A model generated the notes under the pieces. It was not told the origin of the DNA and made no database searches. It saw only the letters and a program-made list of their open reading frames with translations. DNA of 27,966 bases from a virus (Duplodnaviria > Caudoviricetes). Where the stretch lies: positions 1 through 27,966 of the IMG/VR virus record IMGVR_UViG_3300043296_000162; one strand, 5' to 3'. Below are positions 17,234 through 26,884 of this stretch, piece after piece (the stretch's first letter is position 1; every line of letters starts with the position of its first letter). A program made the translations under genes and the position numbers.

Positions 17234-18855
17234 TGGCCAATAGAGTTGTTTGGACGTTCCTAGCAAGAGATAAGTTTAGCGCAGTCGCTCAACGTGTTAA
17301 GCGCAAAACTGATCAAATGAATGTTAGGTTTCAACGTCTAAATGCAACAATGAAAAAAACAGCCGCTGGTATGAAAAAGATGGCGGTTCACATGAAAAAA
17401 GCAGCGGTCGCGGCTGGCCTTGCAGCCGGGGCCGCGCTTAAAGCATTTTCAAATATGGAAAAAGGCATTGTAAAAGTTTATGGTTTGTTAAACGTACAAG
17501 ATTTAAAGAAATGGAGTAAAACCATTGATGACACAATCGCAAATTCAATGGCTGAATTCGGAATCAATAGCGAAGAAGCTTCAACAGCGCTTTACAATGC
17601 AATATCTGTGTTGGGCGCAAGCGAAGAAACATTTAAAACATACAACGAATCAATAAGACTAGCGGTTGGCGGAAACGCTGATCTTGCACAAGCTACCATC
17701 GGCATTGGTAAACTTAAAAATGCTTATGAAGGATTGACGGGCGCAAAAGCAGCAAACATATTGTTTGTCGCTCAACAGTTGGGCGGCGCGGATGTTAATC
17801 AACTAGCGAAAAATGTTGGTAAGGTTGCGAAACTTGCTGCGTCGATGGGGATATCTGCAGAAGAATATGTTGCAACGTTAGGTGAACTTACAAAATTTAT
17901 TTCGCCAGAAGAAGCTACAACCGGAATTAAAGGTTTGACTCAAGCACTTACCGGCGCAAAGGGTGAAGCGAAGAAAATATTGAAAGAATTTGGTCTTCCG
18001 ACTACGCCACAAGAATTGATAGATACTGGTTGGACCGAATCTTTGTACCTAATGAACAAAATGATTGAGGAAAATATTGATCAAGCAAAACTAGCAATCC
18101 CAAATCAAGAGGGTCTTACAGCGGCATTGGCTATGACTGGTAAATCCGCTGAAAATGTTGCTCTATCAGTACAACAAATGGGTTCGGATCAACTAACACC
18201 GTCGTTTTTGCGGAACATGGAAACGCTAGATAGGAAATCAAAAATCGCTGGACAAAACATGGTTTTGTTTGCTGCCGAAATTGGCAAAGAACTAAAACCG
18301 GCGATAGTATTGGCAGCAAAAGTTATCGGCGGCCTAACAAGATGGTTTAAAAGTCTTGGTGATGCGTCAAAGAAATTCGTAGCGGGACTTGTAGTTGCGC
18401 CAATAGTGATATTTGTTCTAGTAAAAGCTTTTATGGTTCTCAAAACTGTGTTTCTTGCCCTAAAAGTTGCGTTTCTTTTCATTCTTCCCGTCTTGAAACT
18501 TGTATTTTTGGCATTTAAAATTATAGCGTGGGGAGTAGCGGCGGCTCTATCGGCTATTGGATGGGTTCCAATTGCAATTGCTGCTGCTGTTGTCGCGGTT
18601 GGTCTTCTAATTTGGAAATTTGATGTAGTGAAGCAAAAAATTATGGAAACTTGGGGCGCTGTTAAAAACTTTTTCGGTTTTGGTGGCAATGAAAAAGAGC
18701 TAGAGGTAACTGGTGCGGCAGACCTAACAAAAACCAACAAAACAGAAGTTGATATTGGACTCATAGCGCCAAAAAACACTGTTGAGTACATAAGATTGCG
18801 TACTTCTGGCGACACTTCGGGTTTGAAAACCGGAGTAAGCATGGTAACAGGATAA
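17233..18855 (+). CDS. Tail tape measure protein
   Basis: F-x-ARDKFS N-terminus, alanine-rich helical core (ALYNAISVLG, LAVGGNADL, EEATTGIK) and hydrophobic C-terminal segments. Follows the chaperone. Confidence 0.92.
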   Translation: MANRVVWTFLARDKFSAVAQRVKRKTDQMNVRFQRLNATMKKTAAGMKKMAVHMKKAAVAAGLAAGAALKAFSNMEKGIVKVYGLLNVQDLKKWSKTIDDTIANSMAEFGINSEEASTALYNAISVLGASEETFKTYNESIRLAVGGNADLAQATIGIGKLKNAYEGLTGAKAANILFVAQQLGGADVNQLAKNVGKVAKLAASMGISAEEYVATLGELTKFISPEEATTGIKGLTQALTGAKGEAKKILKEFGLPTTPQELIDTGWTESLYLMNKMIEENIDQAKLAIPNQEGLTAALAMTGKSAENVALSVQQMGSDQLTPSFLRNMETLDRKSKIAGQNMVLFAAEIGKELKPAIVLAAKVIGGLTRWFKSLGDASKKFVAGLVVAPIVIFVLVKAFMVLKTVFLALKVAFLFILPVLKLVFLAFKIIAWGVAAALSAIGWVPIAIAAAVVAVGLLIWKFDVVKQKIMETWGAVKNFFGFGGNEKELEVTGAADLTKTNKTEVDIGLIAPKNTVEYIRLRTSGDTSGLKTGVSMVTG

Positions 18856-20093
18856 TGGCAGACAAACTCAAAGAATATTCTGAATCAATTATTCAACATG
18901 AAGCTTCATATCGTGGCGCTTTCTTTTACATCAAAAGTTCTGAAATCGGCGGCGGTAGAAAAGACGCAAAAAAGGAATTTATCGACTCAGACCGACAAAT
19001 AATTGAAGATCTTGGTAAAAAACAGCGCGTTTTTACCGTCAATGGTTGTGTTTCTGACCGACGCGATAACACTGGAAAGCTGATTACACCCTATATTCAA
19101 GTTAGAGACACTCTAATTTCGGCTTTAGAGAAGGGTGGACCCGGAATTTTGATTCATCCTTGGTATGGAAAGCTTGAAAACATAGTTTGCAGAACGTTTA
19201 CAATTTCTGAAGACGTAACTAAGTTAGGCGATTGTACTTTTACCGCGACATTTGAGATTTCTAACACCGATGGTGTACCCGAATTCAATCCATTCGCGTT
19301 AACTGGTGTTGCGACTGGCGCTGCTACTGTTGCGACGGTTGCCGTTTCTATTTTCAGTTCAATTTGGGAAATAACAGGCGCTGCAACGGGTAATTTTCAA
19401 TCCGCTATGGATAAAGCGAACGGTTATATTGATTCTGTTAACGCAGCAACTGACCCAATTGCAACATTGGCTAGCAAACTAGATGATCATTCAAACTTGA
19501 TAACGTCATTTCAAAGTAATATCGCCACTCTAGTTAGCAATCCGGCGGAACTTTCGGCAAGCATTGATAGAATTATGGATAGCATAACAAGTTTGTATTC
19601 GACGCCAGAAGGGGCACTTATGGCGTTCAAAAACCTATTTAATTTTGGCGACAATGATATTTCTGCCCCATATCCTACATTTATTTCTTCAGAGCGAACC
19701 GCAAATAATCAAGTGTTTAATTCGATGGTGCAATCTGAAGCATTGAGCAACAGTTATCTAACTTCTTCGCAGTCAACATATAAAACTGTTACTGAAATAA
19801 ATGAAATCGAAGCCGATCTTGAAACTCAATATCAAAAGTTGTTTCTTTCTGAAAATATTGACGTTGAATTGATGAATTCACTAACGGAATTGAGAACAAC
19901 AACAACTGGTTTTTTCAGCGAGCAAAAATTAACTGTTAGTCAGATAATCACAATTCAAAGTAACCCGATATCAATTAGAGCGTTGGCATATTCTTATTAT
20001 GGCGATTCTTCCGACGGTGAAGATATCGCTGAATTAAATGGATTGTATGATCTTGCTTATGAGCAAGGCGATATTAGGATTTTTACAGCATGA
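18855..20093 (+). CDS. Mu gpN-like DNA circularisation / tail protein
   Basis: ASYRGAFF...GGR...EF...IEDLGK...LI-x-ALE-xx-GPGILIHPWYG. C-terminal LAY-x-YYGD...IAELN. Confidence 0.88.
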   Translation: MADKLKEYSESIIQHEASYRGAFFYIKSSEIGGGRKDAKKEFIDSDRQIIEDLGKKQRVFTVNGCVSDRRDNTGKLITPYIQVRDTLISALEKGGPGILIHPWYGKLENIVCRTFTISEDVTKLGDCTFTATFEISNTDGVPEFNPFALTGVATGAATVATVAVSIFSSIWEITGAATGNFQSAMDKANGYIDSVNAATDPIATLASKLDDHSNLITSFQSNIATLVSNPAELSASIDRIMDSITSLYSTPEGALMAFKNLFNFGDNDISAPYPTFISSERTANNQVFNSMVQSEALSNSYLTSSQSTYKTVTEINEIEADLETQYQKLFLSENIDVELMNSLTELRTTTTGFFSEQKLTVSQIITIQSNPISIRALAYSYYGDSSDGEDIAELNGLYDLAYEQGDIRIFTA

Positions 20094-21262
20094 TCATCGA
20101 AGTTGGCGGCAAAGCGTATACTGGTTGGACCGATGCAACCGTAAGTTTAAGCTTAGCCGAATTGAGTAACACATTTAGCTTTAAAGCCACTTCAGAAGAT
20201 GGCGGCGCATTGCCATTTAGGGGCGGCGAACCATGCAATATTAAAGTTGACGGTGAAAAAGTCATAACTGGGAATATTGAAATTGTTGGTGTTGATGGCG
20301 AGAAAGATAGTCATACAATCACAATTTCTGGAAGGGACAAAACAGGCGATATTGTCGATTCAAAAATTGGTTCGCTTGATAATTTACGCGCGCCAACTAC
20401 GCTAGCAATTATTATTCAAGCAGTTTTAAAGCATATCAAAAGCCCTGTAAGGGTTGTTAGTCAATACTTCCCAAAACCATTTCTACCGTCTGAAGATTTA
20501 GCTTCACCAGAATTCGGCCAAGGCGTTTGGGAATTCATAGAGAGTCTCGCGCGCAAGCGCCAAGTTTTACTTACATCAAATGCAAATGGCGATCTTGTAA
20601 TAACAAGATCATCAGGAATTTTTATTCCTGTAACTTTGCAGAACAAAATTAACGATAACAGCAATAATGTGTTGTCGTATTCTGTTGGCTATGACACAAC
20701 TGGGATATTTAATCTTTATCGAACTGGTGGGCAAGAAACTCCGGTCGCATTAAATAATGCTGGAGCAACATCAAATTATAGTGTAGTGGAACAAATATCT
20801 GCAATATTAGATGTTGGTATACGCCCCGGTAGACAATATTGTGTAACAGCTGAAAATTCCGGTTCAAAACAGAGCATGCTAGAAAGAAATAAATGGGAAT
20901 ATAATATTAGAAAATCGCGCAGTCAAGTGTATTCAGCAACAGTTCACGGGTTTAGAAATCAGACGGGTAATCTATGGGCAATCAACGAACTTGTAAATGT
21001 TGAAGATGAATTTGCTGGAATCAATTCAAGAATGCTAGTTAATTCTGTTCAATTTAGTCTTAGCGACGGTGGCCGACAAACTGTTTTATCACTAATACAC
21101 AAAGATGCTTATACGCTAACGCTTCCCACTCAAACGTCAATAGATAAATTGGGCGAAGGATTGGTTGAAGAAAGCGTTACCGAACCAATTGTGATAGACA
21201 CTGAAGAACAAATCCCTGTATGGGTTCCTTGGACGCCGCAAGCAGAATTTGGAACTAATTAA
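20090..21262 (+). CDS. Baseplate hub protein (Mu gpP/gp44-like)
   Basis: VGGKAYTGW...V...F-x-F...C-x-IKVDGEKVITG-x-I...ISGRDKTGDIVD...LWAINELV-x-VED. Confidence 0.9.
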   Translation: MIIEVGGKAYTGWTDATVSLSLAELSNTFSFKATSEDGGALPFRGGEPCNIKVDGEKVITGNIEIVGVDGEKDSHTITISGRDKTGDIVDSKIGSLDNLRAPTTLAIIIQAVLKHIKSPVRVVSQYFPKPFLPSEDLASPEFGQGVWEFIESLARKRQVLLTSNANGDLVITRSSGIFIPVTLQNKINDNSNNVLSYSVGYDTTGIFNLYRTGGQETPVALNNAGATSNYSVVEQISAILDVGIRPGRQYCVTAENSGSKQSMLERNKWEYNIRKSRSQVYSATVHGFRNQTGNLWAINELVNVEDEFAGINSRMLVNSVQFSLSDGGRQTVLSLIHKDAYTLTLPTQTSIDKLGEGLVEESVTEPIVIDTEEQIPVWVPWTPQAEFGTN

Positions 21263-22002
21263 TGAGCGTTGTAAATATGATGAAGAATTTGTTGCGATGG
21301 GCTGTTGTTACCGCTTTTTCTAGCGATAATCAAGATTTCCCTACGCATCAAGTAACTTATATGGGGAAGAACGCTGACGCATTGGCTTGGTATCCTTACG
21401 GGTATCACGCGAACCCCGGCGCGGGCGCGCTAGCTGTTATGTTGGCCATGAGCGCCGATCCAGAAAACCGCGTTATGTTTCCCGGTAGTCCGAAGGAAAG
21501 AGGTGGAACGCTTTTACCAACTCCGCTTTATCCGGGTGAAGTTTTGATATACAACCCGACAACGCAATCTTTTATTCATATGAAGCTAGATGGTGGTATT
21601 GATATTGAAGCCACCACTAGCGATATAAATATCAAATCGTCACTTGGTAACGTAAACGTCGATGCTATCAATGCAGTATTAACTACAACTGGAATAACAA
21701 GAATTGTAGCAGTTGGCGCAGTTGATATTGATGCGGGTGCTGCAGTAACTATTGATTCAGTCGGTCCAACTACAATTACAGGAACGGGGACAGTTACAGT
21801 TGACGGCAATGCACTTGTTGATTTGCTTGGAACGTTAGTTGAAGGAAGCGACGGCGGCGCAACTGAATTTCTGTGCAATGAAGCATTTCTAGCGTTATTT
21901 AATCTTCATATACATTCGACCCCAAGCAGCGGAAATACTAATGCTCCAACCACTACCGCTGTAGTTGGAACCGATACAACCACAGTTTTGAAAGGTGAAT
22001 AA
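21262..22002 (+). CDS. Baseplate central spike protein (Mu gp45-like)
   Basis: PYGYHANP...L-x-PGEV-x-IY N-terminal region, beta-helix-like repeats and a C-terminal FNLHIH (HxH metal-binding tip). Confidence 0.85.
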   Translation: MSVVNMMKNLLRWAVVTAFSSDNQDFPTHQVTYMGKNADALAWYPYGYHANPGAGALAVMLAMSADPENRVMFPGSPKERGGTLLPTPLYPGEVLIYNPTTQSFIHMKLDGGIDIEATTSDINIKSSLGNVNVDAINAVLTTTGITRIVAVGAVDIDAGAAVTIDSVGPTTITGTGTVTVDGNALVDLLGTLVEGSDGGATEFLCNEAFLALFNLHIHSTPSSGNTNAPTTTAVVGTDTTTVLKGE

Positions 22003-23688
22003 ATGACTGTTGGAATTGACGCATATTTGAAAAAAATTCCCGGTGGTCTTTATGATTTGGATTTCGTAGGAGAATCTGAAAAAAGAATTTTATTTCTTTC
22101 TTGTTTTAATGACTCTACAAATTGGACTCCAGACGTAAAAAATGATTTGTTTGATGAAGGCGTAATAGTTTCGCCTAACTCTAGTGGTTCACTAAAATTT
22201 GTAGCAACTTCTTCTGACAATTCTCTAAATGCAATTAGAACTTTTGATGCGGCAGATTTTACCGACACAACTTTAAGTTTCTGGATATACATAGGGGCAA
22301 ATTTCTGGGAAAATTTTAACACTGGTGGCAATGCTGTAACACTTAAAATTCATAGTGATGTAGGTGTTGATTGGCAAGTTTGGTTTTTTGATAGATCTGA
22401 ATTTATAAAAGCGGAAAGCTGGCTTCAACTAAAAGTAAATTTTTCTACTGATGACCCTGATAGTAGTGCTGGAAATTTGGATTTTACAGCAATTACTGAA
22501 ATTGAAATACATGCTTTTGCTGGGCCATTTACTCAAGTTGATGACATAATGTATATTGATCAAATTGAAATAATGAAACCAGCGGTTGTTTCTGGTGATA
22601 TCAGATCTGAAGATTTTTTTGACTCTGCAATTTTGGTTAGTTTATTTGCCGAAAGTCGGGCTAGTGAATCTGAAGTTTTTCAATCACATATGCGGCGCGG
22701 ATGGATTGGAAACGAATCGACTCCCGGTTTTGAAATCGGATCAAAGATTTGGCTCTATGAGCAAGCGCGCCTAACACGATCTGTGTTGAATGGAATTACA
22801 GCTGCTGCAAGGCAATCTTTACAATGGCTGATTGACGACGATTACGCTTTGGCAATTGATGTTGAAGCTATTTTAACTGCTAGTGGTGTAGATATAAACA
22901 TAATAATTTATAGACCAAACTCAAAAATTGATCATCGCTATTACACTTTATGGGATAATACAGGCGTTGAAGTCCCTAAACCTCAAACTTATTTTGAACT
23001 AACAGTTCCTTCTACTGATTTAGGCCCGCTCGATGGAACTAGAATTGTTAGTTACAATATTTTTGATAAAGTTGGAAACCCAAGTTACGCGGTTGATGTT
23101 ATTGTCTATTGCCGTTGGCCTTTCGCTGGTGTTGGTGCTCCGACAATGACAACAGGTAAGGGTTGGCACCCTGATAGCAAAATTACAATTTTTAACGATT
23201 TTAATAATCAAATTCTTGGTGCAGGTGGTCGCGGTGGTCGCGGTGGTGAAGTATCCGGTAATGGAGGTGTCGGCGGTGGCGGGGGCGGTGCTAACTCGTT
23301 TGGCGCCGGAGGTTTACCGAATGGTGTAGATGGTGTCTATGTTGTAAATTGGCCTACGGGCGGTGCCGGTAGTCCAACCGGCGGTGTTGAGGATCGTGAC
23401 GCCGAACCCGGACAAAGCGGTTTCCCTTGTATTGAAATGTTCCACCCAATAACGTTTATGAATAATGGTTCTATATCTGGTGGTTGTGGTGGCGGCGGCG
23501 GCGGTAGTTCTGAGGGCGGCGATGGCGGTGAGGGTGAGACTCACGGATTCCAAGCTATTCCCAGGGAAGGTGAACCAGGGACGGGAGATAATCCAGGTGT
23601 CGGTGGCAATTGGGAATATGCAATTATCACAAATGGTTACGTTATAACTTACAATCCTGAAGGGCTTATTCGGGGTGGAGTACTCTAA
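22003..23688 (+). CDS. Mu gp46-like baseplate protein with a ~175-aa internal insert and ~240-aa Gly-rich C-terminal extension
   Basis: gp46 core SAILVSLFAESRA...RRGWIG...IGSKIWLYEQAR...ARQSLQWLIDD at about 22591-22968, between the gp45- and gp47-like genes. Confidence 0.82.
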   Translation: MTVGIDAYLKKIPGGLYDLDFVGESEKRILFLSCFNDSTNWTPDVKNDLFDEGVIVSPNSSGSLKFVATSSDNSLNAIRTFDAADFTDTTLSFWIYIGANFWENFNTGGNAVTLKIHSDVGVDWQVWFFDRSEFIKAESWLQLKVNFSTDDPDSSAGNLDFTAITEIEIHAFAGPFTQVDDIMYIDQIEIMKPAVVSGDIRSEDFFDSAILVSLFAESRASESEVFQSHMRRGWIGNESTPGFEIGSKIWLYEQARLTRSVLNGITAAARQSLQWLIDDDYALAIDVEAILTASGVDINIIIYRPNSKIDHRYYTLWDNTGVEVPKPQTYFELTVPSTDLGPLDGTRIVSYNIFDKVGNPSYAVDVIVYCRWPFAGVGAPTMTTGKGWHPDSKITIFNDFNNQILGAGGRGGRGGEVSGNGGVGGGGGGANSFGAGGLPNGVDGVYVVNWPTGGAGSPTGGVEDRDAEPGQSGFPCIEMFHPITFMNNGSISGGCGGGGGGSSEGGDGGEGETHGFQAIPREGEPGTGDNPGVGGNWEYAIITNGYVITYNPEGLIRGGVL

Positions 23689-25008
23689 ATGGCATTTGAA
23701 CTACCGAAAACAGCAACAGAAGTTGATCAGCGAATGAAAGTTGATGTGATTAGGGAACTACCTAACGCTAATCCCTTTCTAAAAAATAGTTGGCTAGGCG
23801 CGTTGGTAACTGCTTGCGCGAATCGCGTGTTTGATTTTTACTATGCGTTGAGACAAGCAGAAAAAGAAGCAATCCCCGATACAGCTGTTATTAATCTCGA
23901 ACAATGGGCGGCTATTTGGAATATTCTTCGCATTTCCGCAACGCCCGCAATAGGTAATGTTGCTGTTACTGGCGCAGTTGGTGGGTCGATTGTAACTGGC
24001 GTCGATCCGTCAATTTGGACCGATAGCGACGGCGTTAGATATGCCGCAACCTCTGCTGGTGTAATTGTTCTTCAGTCTTTGGCTGTTACTTCAATAACAG
24101 AATCTGGCGGAATAGCGACACTAACAACGACTAATGATCATTTAATCGCATCAAATGTCTTGATTACTGTATCTGGTGCAAATGAATCTGAATACAATTT
24201 AACTGGGGTTGTTTGTACCGTTACCGGCGATAAAACTTTGACATATGCGGTTAGCGGTTCTCCTGCTGACGCGACGGGAACTGTTTTGCTCGGTTTCACT
24301 TCTGTATCAATTCCAGTTCAATCGACTGATTTTGGTGTTGATAAAAATCAAGTTTTCGACACTGTTTTGACCCTTACAAGTCCAATAACTGAAGTTGACG
24401 ATAGCGCTAGCGTTGATTATGGCGCTCTTGGCGGCGGCGCAGATCAAGAAGTTGATTCTAGTTTGCGTACTAGATTGCTTGACGCGATTCAAAATCCAAT
24501 TTCACATTTTAATGTCGCTGAAATAACTGCTGTGGCAAAATCAATTGCTGGTGTTACAAGGGTTTTTGTAGAAGAAATTTTCCCTGAAATTGGGCAAGTA
24601 ACTATTTATTTCATGCGCGATAATGACGATAGCCCGATTCCCGATTCTTCGGAAGTTGCGGCAGTAAAAGCAGCAATTGTTGATCAAATCATGCCCGCAA
24701 ACACTGTAGAAACTGATGTAATTGTTGCCGCTCCAACAGAAGTATCGACGGACTTTACATTCTCTGCAATCTCGCCTAACACTGTTACGATGAAGACGGC
24801 GATTGAGAATAGTCTAAATCAATTCTTCGCAGAACGTACAGAAGTTGGCGTTACAGTTGTTGAAGAGGCATACAACGCAGCAATTTTTAACACTGTTGAT
24901 CTAGTTACGGGCGTTGAATTGGATAGCTTTACATTGAGCGCACCGTCGGCAGATATTACAATTGATCCCGGTGAAATCGGCACGCTAGGGAATGTGACAT
25001 TCTCATGA
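23689..25008 (+). CDS. Baseplate J-like wedge protein (Mu gp47-like) with an inserted beta-domain
   Basis: IPDTA...LEQWA, AT-x-A-x-G-x-V-x-VTG, GGADQE-x-D-xx-LR-x-RLL, A-x-SIAGVTRVFV, G-x-VTIYFMRD. Confidence 0.92.
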   Translation: MAFELPKTATEVDQRMKVDVIRELPNANPFLKNSWLGALVTACANRVFDFYYALRQAEKEAIPDTAVINLEQWAAIWNILRISATPAIGNVAVTGAVGGSIVTGVDPSIWTDSDGVRYAATSAGVIVLQSLAVTSITESGGIATLTTTNDHLIASNVLITVSGANESEYNLTGVVCTVTGDKTLTYAVSGSPADATGTVLLGFTSVSIPVQSTDFGVDKNQVFDTVLTLTSPITEVDDSASVDYGALGGGADQEVDSSLRTRLLDAIQNPISHFNVAEITAVAKSIAGVTRVFVEEIFPEIGQVTIYFMRDNDDSPIPDSSEVAAVKAAIVDQIMPANTVETDVIVAAPTEVSTDFTFSAISPNTVTMKTAIENSLNQFFAERTEVGVTVVEEAYNAAIFNTVDLVTGVELDSFTLSAPSADITIDPGEIGTLGNVTFS

Positions 25009-25613
25009 CAATAAAAATTCCGGTTGTATTGACTCAACAAAAGCAAGCGCAAACACTCGCAAATTATCTTCCTAGCGGGAAGATTTTTGCTGCTAAAAAT
25101 ATCATCGGAACTAACATCAGAAAATTGTTGCTTGGATTTGCAACAGAAATGTCGAAAGTTGATTCGCTAATAGCGTTATTCAGAAGGGATACCGTTCCCG
25201 ACACAACACAAAATTATTTAGATGAATGGGAATCCGCGCTTGCAATTCCTGATAGCTGTTTGAAGGGTGACGGAACGGATGATCAGCGCCGAATAGGGGT
25301 TCTGATTAAGCTTGCTGGTTACGGTTTGCAAACACCGCAAGATTTTATTGACCTAGCCGCAAAGTTCAACATTATTATTAACGCAGAAGGCGGCGCGAAT
25401 CGTGGAATTTATGGTAAGGCACCGACGATATCTTTTGGGAGCGATAAAGAAGCGCGATTCACTTTAATAATTGCTCCAATCGAAAATATCGGCGAAGCGT
25501 TCACATATACATTTCCAATAACTTTTGGTACACAGGATCTTGCAACACTAGAATGTTTATTTGAACGTTTTAAGCCCGCAAATGTAAATCTTAGATATGA
25601 AAATGTTGTTTAG
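25005..25613 (+). CDS. Baseplate protein (Mu gp48 / YmfQ / DUF2313-like)
   Basis: L-xx-YLPSG-x-IF, PDTT-xx-YLDEWE-xx-LAIPDSC, LECLFERFKPA. Confidence 0.88.
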   Translation: MTIKIPVVLTQQKQAQTLANYLPSGKIFAAKNIIGTNIRKLLLGFATEMSKVDSLIALFRRDTVPDTTQNYLDEWESALAIPDSCLKGDGTDDQRRIGVLIKLAGYGLQTPQDFIDLAAKFNIIINAEGGANRGIYGKAPTISFGSDKEARFTLIIAPIENIGEAFTYTFPITFGTQDLATLECLFERFKPANVNLRYENVV

Positions 25614-25623
25614 GAGATAATTC

Positions 25624-26880
25624 GTGGAAGATCTTACCGGCAAAATCACAGGGAACACACTTACTGCCGCTGAATGGAATCAACTACCGACTGAAGTTCA
25701 AAATGTTATTGAAGCGTTTGGGCAAGGTTTAAGTAACGGTGATTTAGACCAACTTGGTAAATCCATTGCTGGTTACGCTGCGACTGGCGATTGGTATACC
25801 GGCGGCGGTGCGGCTGATGTTTATACCGCAACCAAAATTGCTGGATTTCAAGCGCCACCCGATTATTTTGTTGGGATGACTGTACGTTTCCGCCCAACAG
25901 CTGCAAATACCGGCGCATCGACTATCAATGTCGCAACGCTTGGCGTTAAAGACATTAAGCGCGAAGACGGAAACGCGCTAAATGCTGATGATATCATAAC
26001 GGCTCGTGACGCTTGGATACGTTATGACGGAACTGATTTTCTTCTAACAAATTTTTCGTCTGGCGATATTATAACACCATCTAGTTTGTCACCGGGTTTG
26101 GGAATTGGTCAAGTAATTTGGACCGACAACACTACAGTAACTGTTGCGCCGGGTGTTGGTGGTAACATCGAAATAAATATTGACGGAACTAAGCTTTCGC
26201 AAACTGGCGATCTAGTTTTCATTCTTGGCGATTTTGGTGTTGGTGGTTCGGTTCTTGATACGGGTTCGGAAACATCGTCAACACCCTATTATATGTATGT
26301 TGATAACGACGGCGGCGCAATGGCTCCCGTACTTTCTGCCGACGCTCCAACTTTACCCGGAACTGGAAACAAAGCTGGTTATCATCCTTCGAGAACCGAC
26401 GAACGTTGCATTGGTTCTTTTTGGAATAATGCAGCCGAACACATTTCAAGGTTTACAGTTTCAAACGCTGGCGAGATGAGACTACACCAACATGATTCTG
26501 ATCATGAGCATGAGCTTCTGACAACTTTACGAAATTGGACCGCAGTACCGCTTAATATTCCTAAGTGTTGTTATTCTGTTAAGGGTATGTCTTATGCGAA
26601 TGGTGTTACGCCGACATTTCACTTCGGCCCTGATGATGCTGCTGGAACCTTGAGCGATTCTAATCCTCTTGAGTCTGGAAACCAGCAATCATTTATGGTT
26701 CTAACAACTGGTGATGCTTCCAATAACAATACTGCAAGCGCGATTGATATTCCGATTGTGAATCCTGATACGCCTGAAATTATGTACGGTGTTACTGCTA
26801 ATGCTGGTGGTGGTGGGCCGAAGAATAGTTTGGTTATAACATCATGGGTTGATATGTTTTTGATTGCACCGAGAAGTTAA
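25624..26880 (+). CDS. Tail fibre / receptor-binding protein
   Basis: GTG start after AGGAG. N-terminal baseplate-anchor motif TAAEWNQL-xx-EVQNVIE...DL-x-QL-x-K-x-I, then YFVGM-x-VRF...NTGASTINV-xx-LG-x-K-x-I. Follows the gp48-like gene. Confidence 0.85.
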   Translation: MEDLTGKITGNTLTAAEWNQLPTEVQNVIEAFGQGLSNGDLDQLGKSIAGYAATGDWYTGGGAADVYTATKIAGFQAPPDYFVGMTVRFRPTAANTGASTINVATLGVKDIKREDGNALNADDIITARDAWIRYDGTDFLLTNFSSGDIITPSSLSPGLGIGQVIWTDNTTVTVAPGVGGNIEINIDGTKLSQTGDLVFILGDFGVGGSVLDTGSETSSTPYYMYVDNDGGAMAPVLSADAPTLPGTGNKAGYHPSRTDERCIGSFWNNAAEHISRFTVSNAGEMRLHQHDSDHEHELLTTLRNWTAVPLNIPKCCYSVKGMSYANGVTPTFHFGPDDAAGTLSDSNPLESGNQQSFMVLTTGDASNNNTASAIDIPIVNPDTPEIMYGVTANAGGGGPKNSLVITSWVDMFLIAPRS

Positions 26881-26884
26881 TTGT

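Noticed and set aside
14663-25613. Mu-like tail genes as evidence for a transposable phage, or for a tailocin/contractile injection system
   Set aside because: The tail is linked to a full HK97-type portal, protease and capsid set, so this is a phage. No transposase is in the window, and Mu-like tails occur in many non-transposable phages.
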